A model generated the notes under the pieces. The model made no database searches and was not told where the DNA came from. It worked only from the letters and a program-made list of their open reading frames with translations. This document shows, in pieces, positions 8,704 to 18,063 of a stretch of 64,000 bases of DNA. Within the stretch, counting starts at the first letter, position 1, and every line of letters starts with the position of its first letter. The DNA is from an uncultured Gammaproteobacteria bacterium (GTDB taxonomy: Bacteria; Patescibacteriota; Microgenomatia; Levybacterales; UBA12049). The stretch lies in NCBI GenBank assembly GCA_964416445.1, contig CAYQEE010000003.1, positions 65,946-129,945 of the forward strand, written 5' to 3'. The position numbers were made by a program, and so were the translations under genes.

Positions 8704-10080
8704 TTATTTAAACATTAGGTGCGTTAGTAATAAAGTGATATCAAATATTTCAAAAAAAATGAATATAATCAGAATTGTATTAATCGCACTATATGAAGTA
8801 TGTTTAGCTTCTATATATTCCTCACCTTTTACAAAAAATAAAACAATGCTTAAAATTGAAGGGTAAAGGTAGAGTGGTTTAAAGCCTCCAGAGTCTCGAT
8901 AGATATATGTATAGTATATTAGTGAAGCAATAAAAAATAAAAATACAATAAGGAAGATCCACGTATTATTTTTTTTCATTAAACTACCAATTACTAAAAC
9001 CTCATTAATAAGTCCGAGTAAAATAATACATGTTGGTAGAATTGCAAGTAAAAGAATAATACGTGTTAAGAAAATAATCATGGAACTTTTATCTTGCCAG
9101 CTTGGTGGCCATTGAGGAAAATGTATTGAATAAAATCTACCATACATTTCTGACCATAGTGAAGTACGGTGTTTTGGGTAAAATACATAACCATTGGTAC
9201 TGTAAGGGATTTCAATTAAATTGATAAAATTAAAGCTAAAATAACCTTGAGCTATGGATGTTATACCGGGCCGATAAAATTTTGTTACTTTCAAAAAATG
9301 TGGTGGGGGTGCTCTTGGTATATTTGTTACAAATGGGTTATTCAGTTTCTGATAATTATGAATATAAGGTGAAAATAATAGAATACAAATCGTAAAGGAA
9401 AGGATGTAAACAAATATATTTGTAATGAGAATTTTATAAGAGAGAAATTGTTTATGATTATAAAATATGTTGATAAAGAGACAACAATTTATTGACAAGA
9501 AAAGAATAATTCCTGTAACTTTTGTTAGCGCAGAAAATATGGTTGTAATAACCATAAAAAGATAGTAAATGTAATTTTTGGTATTAAAAAATTTCCATAA
9601 TGAATAAATAGCTAACGTACCAAAAAAAATAACAAAAGAGTCGTTTGTGGCCTGATTAGTAATGCCGATAAAATCAGGATTAAATGCGAAAAATGCAAAA
9701 GTAAGATTCTTGACAATGGGTGTTAATGGTTGCTCTTTGAGAAATAACCAAACCATCAATAACGTCCCAACCCCTGCGGTTGAGCTAACTATTTGAGCAA
9801 GTATAATGATTGATTCTGTTTTAGAGAGACTAAGAAAATGTGCTAGCTGAACAATAGTTTCATAATAAAATTTCGGTTGGAAACATTCCCAACAAGAATA
9901 GGGTTCAACTGGTAATCCTTCCAGCATTCTTTTGATCACAGTTATATGATCGTCATTGGCTTCTCGGTTATAAAGAGCAAGTAATATACGTATACTAATG
10001 GATAAGATAAATATCCAAAAAGTGAAAGATTTCAGCTTGCTTAGAAGTAATAAAATTCTACGTTGAATCATATTATGCAA
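8704..10080 (-). CDS. Polytopic membrane protein, putative GT-C-type glycosyltransferase
   Basis: About 12 predicted TM helices, with the acidic motif ANDDH in the first loop. Confidence 0.3.
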   Translation of the reverse strand: MHNMIQRRILLLLSKLKSFTFWIFILSISIRILLALYNREANDDHITVIKRMLEGLPVEPYSCWECFQPKFYYETIVQLAHFLSLSKTESIIILAQIVSSTAGVGTLLMVWLFLKEQPLTPIVKNLTFAFFAFNPDFIGITNQATNDSFVIFFGTLAIYSLWKFFNTKNYIYYLFMVITTIFSALTKVTGIILFLSINCCLFINIFYNHKQFLSYKILITNIFVYILSFTICILLFSPYIHNYQKLNNPFVTNIPRAPPPHFLKVTKFYRPGITSIAQGYFSFNFINLIEIPYSTNGYVFYPKHRTSLWSEMYGRFYSIHFPQWPPSWQDKSSMIIFLTRIILLLAILPTCIILLGLINEVLVIGSLMKKNNTWIFLIVFLFFIASLIYYTYIYRDSGGFKPLYLYPSILSIVLFFVKGEEYIEAKHTSYSAINTILIIFIFFEIFDITLLLTHLMFK

Positions 10081-10198
10081 TTCTGTTCAAATGTTTATTA
10101 GTGAGTCAAAAACGAAGTAATAATTTCTTTTAGTATAGCAATCTCTCCTCCTAAAATGTGTTTTTTTAAATTTTGAAAGATAGATAATTGACTAGTAA

Positions 10199-10735
10199 TC
10201 AAAGTGCTAATTTATTTTGAAGTAATTTAGCAGTTAAAATTGTCCATGGAGCATATATATGAGCGTTTTTCTTCGTGTCATCATAAAAAGCGGATAAAGG
10301 AACCCATTTATATTCATAAACTTCAGTGTAATTAACCTTAAGATTACCTTCCCAATATCCCGTTAGTACCGCACAATATTCATTTTCACAATAATTATCT
10401 TTTTCTTGAGCAAAATAATTAAATCCTCCAATATTTTTTATCGCAATAGTCGGTATTCCCATTTCTTTTTGTAAAGCTCTATGAGCAGCTTCTTCATAAG
10501 ATTCATCATGATCTGATAAGTGCAGAACATGACTAATTGCTGTTACATCCCAATATCCATCCCATAGGGCATGTTTTCTTTTTTGCAAGAGAATTTCATT
10601 GTTATTGTTAAAAACTACTACTACAAATGCTCTGTGGTGTAATCCTTTCCCACTATGACAACTTAAACGATTTGCATAAGTCCCAGAAAATTTGTCAGTA
10701 TTGTCTACAAGAAGTAATTGCTGAGTAATATCCAT
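10199..10735 (-). CDS. Isopentenyl-diphosphate delta-isomerase (type 1)-like Nudix protein
   Basis: LHHRAFVVVVFNNNNEILLQKRKHALWDGYWD aligns to the IDI-1 block LHLAFSSWLFN..G.LLVTRRA..K..WPGVW. NEYCAVL aligns to the IDI NEVCPVF block (Glu retained). The Cys of CGHP is replaced (ISHV). Confidence 0.5.
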   Translation of the reverse strand: MDITQQLLLVDNTDKFSGTYANRLSCHSGKGLHHRAFVVVVFNNNNEILLQKRKHALWDGYWDVTAISHVLHLSDHDESYEEAAHRALQKEMGIPTIAIKNIGGFNYFAQEKDNYCENEYCAVLTGYWEGNLKVNYTEVYEYKWVPLSAFYDDTKKNAHIYAPWTILTAKLLQNKLAL

Positions 10736-10784
10736 AACTATTCAGTAGAGTATAACAAATACATTGAGAAAAAACTAAATTAAT

Positions 10785-13220
10785 TTAATAACCACTTTCA
10801 CCAAAGTTTCTTAATAATAAATTATAATCAACACCATTCACCTCTCCATCATCATTAAGGTCTGCAAAAAGTCCTTTAGCAAAGTCTGACAGTCCGTGTT
10901 TTTTACATGCTGGTCCATTCATTTTCTTTCCAAAACAATCGATAAAAATATTATAGTCAGTCAGATCTATACTATTATCATTATTCAAATCCCCTATACG
11001 AAGGTTTACTGGACCGCTCTGCCCATTTAATGATATCGTAGTTCCTGGCACAATTTGAATTGGTTGTGATGATACCTCTTCTCGAAGCGATCCTTCAGGA
11101 GATTTAACTAAAATGTAATATGATCCTGGAGGGATAGCAAGAAATGCGATATTTTTATTAACAAAAGATCCATTTGGATCTGAAGGATCGAAGGATACTC
11201 TAATAGAAATTAACTCGTCAGGGTAGTTTGCAAAATTTTGCGTTTTGTAAAATGAAAGAATAATTTGTCTTTGTGGAGAATGCGGTTTTGGATTATTTTG
11301 TGGGTCAATACCCTCAAAATGTACTGCAATTGATCCAGTTGCTGGACCAGCAGTAGGAGTAGGACTAGATGAAGTTGGGGTTGGAGTATTAGTAATGCCA
11401 TTCGTTGGTGGTATTTGTGTTGGTGTGTCAGAATTTTGTGGTACTGGAGTAAAAGAAACTGTATTAGTTGGTGTCGGTGATTGTGAAGCTAAAGCAGCAC
11501 AGGTATGTGTATCTTGATCGCAAAAACCACATCCCCCACTCACATTCGCATTACATTGAGCATTTGTACTACAGGGATTTCCACAATAATATAGTGGTGT
11601 TGGGGTAGGAGTATCGGTTTGTGTCGGGTTTAGTGTTTGCGTAGGAATAGGAGTATCTGTAGATTGAGGAGAAGTTGGTGTTGGATCTGGTTGATTTGTT
11701 ATTGTGGGGGTGAGGCTGGGAGTGCCCCCTCCAGGAATTCCAAATGCAGTAATTGTGTTAGTATCATCTAAAGTAAACACTTCTCCGTTGAATACAATTG
11801 GACTCTCCCAATAGTCTGACCCTATGGTACTGGACCAAAGTTGTTGTCCTGTTGTTGGATTATAAGCGGCAATTTTTGAATTTCCCTGTAAAAAAAGCAC
11901 TCCATTTGCGATAAGAGGTGAAGTATGTCCTGCTCCAGAAACAGGATTAAAACCTTGTGTTAGACTGCTTGTACCCCCACTGTTAACTACTTTAAATCCA
12001 TAAAGTGTTCCACTCTGATTAGTAATATATACCCAAGATTGACCAGTCGAATCTGTCCATGTTGCTGGTTGGGAGAGGACTTCATTATTTACCGAGTAAG
12101 TATGTAACTCTCCACCGGTGTGATTTGGGCCGCCTTTTCCAGATAAATTTGATCTGTTCAACAACCTGATTGACCCATCTTTTCCTCCTTGTATTAAGAG
12201 ATTTGGTGTATTTGTTCCTTGTTGTTGAGGAATCATTACTGGAGAAGTACTTCCTAAGTCTGTATCACTCTGTTGAAGGGAATTGTAGGAGCCAGGAGTA
12301 TATGAATCTATTATATTTGATAAATCAGGACTAAGCTCAATAATACTATCACCATAGTTATTTCCCGTTCCATCATAGAGTCCGTTTCCACTGGAAATAA
12401 AAACGTTTTTTGTTAATGGATCGATGACTCCCCCGCCTCTTCCCCAGACTCCAGCGCCACTATTCTGCGGATTATATTGGCAATTTCCGTTAATAATGGA
12501 ATGAACATTACTACATAAAACATTGAATATAGTTTTCGTACCAGTTGAAAGATTTATACCTACGATATGTCCTACATATGGTCCAAAATCGCCATCATAT
12601 CCACTCATTGTCATATAGAGATAGCCGTTACCCACATTAATTGGTGATGAACCTTTTTCTACGTCTGTTCTTGTACTGACAGTCGCTGGAAATCCTCCTG
12701 TAGTTTCTTCTTTTCCAGATCCGACATCATATTTGTGAATCGCTCCATCCAGACCATAACTATAAATAAACTGATTTGATGGATCAATTGCAGGTGAACT
12801 AGTAGTTCCTTGGCCAGCTACATAATTTCCCTGTGGTGTATTTGACTTCCAAATCTGATTACCTGATGTAGTATCGTACGCAACTACTTGTCCATGTCGT
12901 GTAGTGAGGAAAACTAAATCTTTTATTCCATTTCCTGTGGTAACACCACTCAGTGCCGCAAGAGAACCACGTGAATTATCAGGAAGCGAGGAGCTCCATA
13001 ATTTCGTTAAATGAGATACATTTTGAATTGTAATTACTGATTCGAAAGTATTAATTCCATTTCTATCTCCCCCCCCATCAAAAGCCGGCCAAACCGCTTG
13101 TGAGTTACTAGTTGCATCCTGTTTTATTGTTATTTGATCAGTAATTATCCTACCAAATAATAAAGTTAACGAAACTAAAAAAGCAAACAGAAAAATATTA
13201 ATGTATTTTCTTTCGTTCAT
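10785..13220 (-). CDS. Secreted multidomain surface protein: PQQ-type beta-propeller repeats, Thr/Pro linker, Cys-rich module, C-terminal dockerin
   Basis: N-terminal signal. Repeated AYD..TG...W / VAG..-type PQQ/BamB-like blades. A TPTPTP linker. The C-terminus DLNNDNSIDLTDYNIF ... DLNDDGEVNGVDYNLLLRNF has the two Ca-binding repeats of a type I dockerin. Confidence 0.6.
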   Translation of the reverse strand: MNERKYINIFLFAFLVSLTLLFGRIITDQITIKQDATSNSQAVWPAFDGGGDRNGINTFESVITIQNVSHLTKLWSSSLPDNSRGSLAALSGVTTGNGIKDLVFLTTRHGQVVAYDTTSGNQIWKSNTPQGNYVAGQGTTSSPAIDPSNQFIYSYGLDGAIHKYDVGSGKEETTGGFPATVSTRTDVEKGSSPINVGNGYLYMTMSGYDGDFGPYVGHIVGINLSTGTKTIFNVLCSNVHSIINGNCQYNPQNSGAGVWGRGGGVIDPLTKNVFISSGNGLYDGTGNNYGDSIIELSPDLSNIIDSYTPGSYNSLQQSDTDLGSTSPVMIPQQQGTNTPNLLIQGGKDGSIRLLNRSNLSGKGGPNHTGGELHTYSVNNEVLSQPATWTDSTGQSWVYITNQSGTLYGFKVVNSGGTSSLTQGFNPVSGAGHTSPLIANGVLFLQGNSKIAAYNPTTGQQLWSSTIGSDYWESPIVFNGEVFTLDDTNTITAFGIPGGGTPSLTPTITNQPDPTPTSPQSTDTPIPTQTLNPTQTDTPTPTPLYYCGNPCSTNAQCNANVSGGCGFCDQDTHTCAALASQSPTPTNTVSFTPVPQNSDTPTQIPPTNGITNTPTPTSSSPTPTAGPATGSIAVHFEGIDPQNNPKPHSPQRQIILSFYKTQNFANYPDELISIRVSFDPSDPNGSFVNKNIAFLAIPPGSYYILVKSPEGSLREEVSSQPIQIVPGTTISLNGQSGPVNLRIGDLNNDNSIDLTDYNIFIDCFGKKMNGPACKKHGLSDFAKGLFADLNDDGEVNGVDYNLLLRNFGESGY

Positions 13221-13845
13221 ATGTATATTCTTTCATTATTTGCTTATATAATCAAAGAGATAATTTATTGCTTTGTTTTAACTCCGTAGGTACGTGTGAA
13301 AAATAGTGAGAATGTAAAAATTAATGAAAAATTGACGCACACAAATATCGAGTTTCACCATTTTCAAGATAAAAGAAATCTAGAGAAGCAATTTTTTCCA
13401 TAAATCTTCTTGTTAATGCATTTTGTAGTTTTGCTCGAATGAAGAAATCAAAAAAGTACTGATAAAATGTATATGTTACAAATCGTGATAGATATTCAAA
13501 GAAAAGATGATTGTATAACAGAAAAATGCTGGGATACTTGGTCTATTCATAATTTATAGATGAAATAGACGCTATATAATAGAAATGAACCAATTATCGC
13601 CGAGCTAAAGTATCCTACAAGGAGCTTTCTATCTTCATCCAAATGATAGTGAATAATTTCCAAACATTTTTAAAAATGTTATAGATATCTTATATCTTTT
13701 TAGCCACTTTTTAACCTGGAGCATAAATATAGCTTAATTTACTTGGATTTTTCTTAAATAAAATGTGTCAAGTGAAAGTAATTCACACCATGCCAAATGA
13801 AAAAATACCTGACATGCATGCAATCTCTAAAGTAACTAGAAGTAA

Positions 13846-14040
13846 TTAATATCTTAGTGAAGCTCGTTTATTATGAGTACTATGTGATGCAATAAAATCC
13901 ATTCCACCAACGATACTAAATATGCCGAGTACTATAATAAAAACAGCAACTTCACTTAAGTTTGTGGGAAAGAGAAAGTATATGATTGTACTTGTAAGTG
14001 AACCGTATAATAACCAAATAAAGAACGTAAGAAAAGTCAT
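13846..14040 (-). CDS. Small two-TM membrane protein (hypothetical)
   Basis: 64-aa ORF with two hydrophobic helices, isolated in a long non-coding gap. Coding status is uncertain. Confidence 0.2.
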   Translation of the reverse strand: MTFLTFFIWLLYGSLTSTIIYFLFPTNLSEVAVFIIVLGIFSIVGGMDFIASHSTHNKRASLRY

Positions 14041-14145
14041 ATATTTATTTTAGGAATTTAGTGTAATCTATCTCTATGTTAATTTATTATGTATTTTGTA
14101 AGAAAAAAGTAAATGTTTTTCAAAATAAGATATTAATTAGTATGC

Positions 14146-14970
14146 CTAATATTCTGTCTGATTTGGATGAAAATTATTCTTAAGATTATTGACTATTTTT
14201 GTTTTGGAAATAATATCATCAAGGAGACTTTTTTCTAATTCTGCAAAAATATCAAACTGTGATTTTTCGGCTTTTTCTAGCCGTTGTTTCCAACCGTACC
14301 ATTCAGAGGTTCGTAATCTTCGTAATTGTTTTTCTAAAATTACAATAACATTTTCAATTTCAACAAGAACGTATTCTAATTGTTCGGTAGACCCTGATTT
14401 AAATTCATCAATATAATATTGGCTCTCGAGCATTTTTAATGCCTCGTAATTCTTGTTTTTATAAGCTTTATTAATTTTTTTCATTATGTCTTCTCTTCTT
14501 TGCTTTTCTGCGACACTAGTTACAAGATCAGGGTGAAATTGAAATAATAACTTTTTCCATAAAAGTTTTAAATTCTGTTCTACTTTTTCTGACATCGTAT
14601 TACTTGTATTAGCATTATATTCACGATAATTTGATGCGTAATATTCATCTTCATCAGGGGTGAATTTGAAGAAGGTATTATATAAATCTTCTATTTCGTG
14701 GGCTGCCTCTTCATAAGGTAATCCTTCAGAAACCAGTTTCTCAATATTTTTAAGTCGAATAATTTCTAAATCTAATGCATTATCTTTAGCATATAATTTC
14801 CCGATCCGATTTTCATATTCTTGTTGAATAATATTTAAATCGTTTTGCAAACTCGCATATTTTGTTTGGAGACGATGGAGTTTATTGCGTTTACGATTTA
14901 TACTTAATTCTAATTCTTCCTTTTTTTTCTTTTCATCATCTCGAATAGTTAATTGTAAATTTTTCTTCAT
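14146..14970 (-). CDS. Coiled-coil protein with J-domain-like segment (DnaJ-domain protein)
   Basis: N-terminal heptad-rich Lys/Glu region. LLFQFHPDLV...KKINKAYKN carries the HPD tripeptide and helix-III-like K.IN.AY of J domains. Confidence 0.4.
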   Translation of the reverse strand: MKKNLQLTIRDDEKKKKEELELSINRKRNKLHRLQTKYASLQNDLNIIQQEYENRIGKLYAKDNALDLEIIRLKNIEKLVSEGLPYEEAAHEIEDLYNTFFKFTPDEDEYYASNYREYNANTSNTMSEKVEQNLKLLWKKLLFQFHPDLVTSVAEKQRREDIMKKINKAYKNKNYEALKMLESQYYIDEFKSGSTEQLEYVLVEIENVIVILEKQLRRLRTSEWYGWKQRLEKAEKSQFDIFAELEKSLLDDIISKTKIVNNLKNNFHPNQTEY

Positions 14971-14979
14971 AAATTAAAA

Positions 14980-15004
14980 ATAGATGGTTTTTAAAACCAT
15001 CTAT
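14980..15004. promoter_or_regulatory. Perfect 12-1-12 palindrome (hairpin/operator candidate) immediately upstream of the J-domain gene start
   Basis: atagatggtttt-t-aaaaccatctat. On the minus strand it is followed by TTTTAATTT and then the ATG at 14970, so it could be a terminator for the upstream response-regulator transcript or an operator. Confidence 0.35.
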
Positions 15005-15231
15005 AAAGGAAGGATCCACTCCTAACATGCTGATACTATAGCAATCTTTGGAATGTCGTGCAAGCGGACTAGCTATTATTACTATTATTTTAATATCAAA
15101 TTCTTATATAAAACATAGCGTTATCTTATAAATGTTATTCATAATAACTATATGTTCATAATCAGGCTTAATAAAATAATATTTTTAAGACCACCACCTT
15201 GATAATGAAATAGCGCTTTAAATAGATACTA

Positions 15232-15615
15232 TCAATCAGATAGTATTTTTTTTATTAAATCTGTTACTAATTGGATCCGCATGTTTGATTTATCAATATA
15301 AAAGAGAAGTTTCTCTTTTAATAAAGGTTGGAGAAGTTTATCGGTAGCTTTTAAATTAGTAAGTATAATAATTGGGACTTCTTTACACCAGTCATAGGAT
15401 CGAAGTTTTTGTAACGTTTTAAACCCATCATTAAAGGGCATTAGCAAATCAAGAATAATAATGTCAGGATATGATCTTTGAGCTATTTTAATCGCTTCAT
15501 TTCCATTTCTTGCTTGTATGACCGTGAATCCCTCTGCTTCCATAATACTACTTAATTTCCTAAGAAGTATTTCTTCATCGTCTGCAATGAGTATTTTAAC
15601 TGTTGTTTTGTTCAT
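15232..15615 (-). CDS. Single-domain response regulator (CheY-like receiver)
   Basis: KILIADDEEILL...DIIILDLLMPFNDGF...PIIILTN receiver motifs. No output domain. Confidence 0.75.
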   Translation of the reverse strand: MNKTTVKILIADDEEILLRKLSSIMEAEGFTVIQARNGNEAIKIAQRSYPDIIILDLLMPFNDGFKTLQKLRSYDWCKEVPIIILTNLKATDKLLQPLLKEKLLFYIDKSNMRIQLVTDLIKKILSD

Positions 15616-15661
15616 ATCACAATAAGATTCTAGTGCTTAGTTTAGGGAAGATATTTTAGCT

Positions 15662-17854
15662 TTGTCAATAGTTATTTCGTTAAGTTTTCTCAATAATTTA
15701 TATACGTGCATTCAGCGTAAAGTCAATCGAATTAATACAAGATTCTCATATGTTTCTTATAGTCATTCCTTTATATATTCCATATGTGGTTATCAATTTA
15801 ATTCATTGAAAAAGATAGTTATCATTATTAGTTTAAGCATAATCGAAATTATTTTACTCACTACCCTAACTATTTATCTCATTTTCGCTCAAGAGATAAA
15901 AGGTAAAACAAGTGTAGTAAATTATCGTAACTCAGGAGTGATACTTTACGATAGAAATGGAAAAGAATTATACACTTTTTATAATGCAAAAAATTTCCAA
16001 TATATATCTCTTTCAAACATCCCAAAAATAACACAAGATGCTATTATCGCATCGGAAGACAAAGGCTTTTATCACCATCCAGGATTTTCAATCAGTGGTA
16101 TCTTGCGCGCGTTGTTTATTGATATTAAGGAAAATGAACCAATTTATGGAGGGTCAACTATCACACAACAACTTGTAAAAAATGCACTACTTACACCTCA
16201 GAAAAGTTTGTTAAGAAAATATGAAGAGATTGTATTAGCGTCCGAGCTTGAAAGGAGATTTACAAAAGATGATATTTTAGAAATGTATTTAAATTCCGTC
16301 TATTTTGGTGAAGGTGCGTTTGGGATACAAAACGCAGCGCATGAATACTTTAATAAAAATGCAAAGGATTTAACTTTATCAGAATCTGCCATGCTTTCAA
16401 GTCTTCTTCCAGCCCCTTCGGCTCTTTCTCCAATATCTCACGGGATAGCGCAGATAAAAAAACATCAAATTATTGTATTAAAGGAATTAGAAAATCAAGG
16501 ATATATATCTCATAGACAAAAAATCTTAGCCGAAAATGAACCGTTAGTACTACATCCAGCACAAAAACAGGCAAACACGATAGGAATTCATTTTGCACTC
16601 ATGGTAAAAGATTATTTAGCCAGTAAATATGGAGAAGATTTTCTTGCACATGCTGGATTTAAAGTAAAAACTTCGTTAGATCTTGATTGGCAGAAATATG
16701 CAGAACAAATTGTCAGTGAACAGATTACGCGTCTTCAGTATGATCATGCGAGTAATGGCGCTGTTGTTGTAATTGATCCAAAGAATGGACAGATACGAGC
16801 ACTTGTCGGTAGTGTTGATTGGTTTAATCCTTCCTTTGGAAAAGTGAATATGGCGATTACCCCTCGTCAACCGGGATCTTCATTTAAACCAATAGTTTAT
16901 GCGACGGCACTTAAAGATGTGTTAATTACTCCTTCTACTATATTGCAAGATATTCCTACAACTTTTCCGGGCAACTACAAACCACATGATTATGATCTCA
17001 AGTACCGAGGTCCTGTGACTGTTCGAAGAGCTTTAGCAAATTCGCTTAATATCCCCGCAGTTGAAGTTATGCAAATGCTAGGAGTGCAAGGAGTACTTGA
17101 TGCAGCATCCCAATTTGGTATCACTACGTTGAGTAAAAAATCTTCAGATTATGGTCTTTCTTTAGTTTTAGGCTCTGGTGAAGTGCCTTTGTTGGAGCTA
17201 ACAAATGTATATGCTTCATTTGCAAACAATGGAATCCAGTATTCACCCTCATTAATCTTACAAATTACCGATAAGAAAGGACAAGTTATTTATACCGATG
17301 TTCCACATCCGAAACCTGTAAGTACACCTCAAGTTTCATTTCTTATATCCTCAATTCTTTCGGACAATCAAGCGAGAGCTGAAGAGTTTGGTTCTACTTT
17401 AACAATTTCTCGGCCAGCAGCAGTGAAAACAGGAACTTCGGAAGACTTTAAGAATGCATTAACGTTTGGTTACACGCATAGCTTGGTTGTCGGCGTGTGG
17501 GTAGGAAATAATAATAGTAGCCCTATGGATAATATAGCTGGATCACTCGGAGCTGCGCCAATTTGGAAGCAACTGATGGAAAAGTTTTTGACAGGAACGA
17601 CTGTTGAAAAATTTACTCCTCCCGAAGGTATTACAAGCGAATATATTTGTCAGAGTCGAGGTTTACGTGTGCAGCAAGCGACATCATCTGCATATTTAGA
17701 ATATTATCTTGCAGGAACTCAGCCTAGTGCATATTGTTACGACACTGATCAGAGGACCTATTCATTTCCAAGTATTTCACCATATGTATCAAATGTACTT
17801 CCTCCTTCAGATTTTATTCAACCGACCACTAACTTTCTCTCACCAACACTTTAA
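15662..17854 (+). CDS. Class A penicillin-binding protein (PBP1A-type transglycosylase/transpeptidase)
   Basis: GT51 motifs ASEDKGFYHHPG, GGSTITQQLVKN and RKYEEIVLASELE. Transpeptidase motifs SSFKP (SxxK), SLN (SxN) and KTGT. The true start may be TTG at 15806 (MKKIVIIISL..., immediately before the TM helix), which would leave a 190-bp divergent promoter region. Confidence 0.8.
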   Translation: MSIVISLSFLNNLYTCIQRKVNRINTRFSYVSYSHSFIYSICGYQFNSLKKIVIIISLSIIEIILLTTLTIYLIFAQEIKGKTSVVNYRNSGVILYDRNGKELYTFYNAKNFQYISLSNIPKITQDAIIASEDKGFYHHPGFSISGILRALFIDIKENEPIYGGSTITQQLVKNALLTPQKSLLRKYEEIVLASELERRFTKDDILEMYLNSVYFGEGAFGIQNAAHEYFNKNAKDLTLSESAMLSSLLPAPSALSPISHGIAQIKKHQIIVLKELENQGYISHRQKILAENEPLVLHPAQKQANTIGIHFALMVKDYLASKYGEDFLAHAGFKVKTSLDLDWQKYAEQIVSEQITRLQYDHASNGAVVVIDPKNGQIRALVGSVDWFNPSFGKVNMAITPRQPGSSFKPIVYATALKDVLITPSTILQDIPTTFPGNYKPHDYDLKYRGPVTVRRALANSLNIPAVEVMQMLGVQGVLDAASQFGITTLSKKSSDYGLSLVLGSGEVPLLELTNVYASFANNGIQYSPSLILQITDKKGQVIYTDVPHPKPVSTPQVSFLISSILSDNQARAEEFGSTLTISRPAAVKTGTSEDFKNALTFGYTHSLVVGVWVGNNNSSPMDNIAGSLGAAPIWKQLMEKFLTGTTVEKFTPPEGITSEYICQSRGLRVQQATSSAYLEYYLAGTQPSAYCYDTDQRTYSFPSISPYVSNVLPPSDFIQPTTNFLSPTL

Positions 17855-18063
17855 ATATTGTAGAGATGATGTATAAATAGTTGTTTTTATAGCCTCATTC
17901 TTACATAATTTTTACTGATTGCTTGACACTTTATAACATCTCTGATACTTTAAACTCTCAACCGCAGTTCTTATCATCTTCTTACACGGTTGTAACGAAT
18001 TTATTACTACTAAATCGGGATCTTTTACAGATTCCTTGTCAAGGTTCAGGGAATAAGGTATTT

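Noticed and set aside
11400-11720. Short periodic ACN/CCN repeats (Thr/Pro codons), considered as a possible CRISPR or other repeat array
   Set aside because: They are in-frame coding low-complexity linkers (TPTPTP) inside the large surface-protein genes. There is no repeat-spacer periodicity, and no cas genes anywhere in the window.
17855-18063. Possible promoter TTGACA-17-TACTTT upstream of the GH18 gene
   Set aside because: The -10 element is poor and several equally weak matches exist in this AT-rich stretch. Not supportable as a feature.
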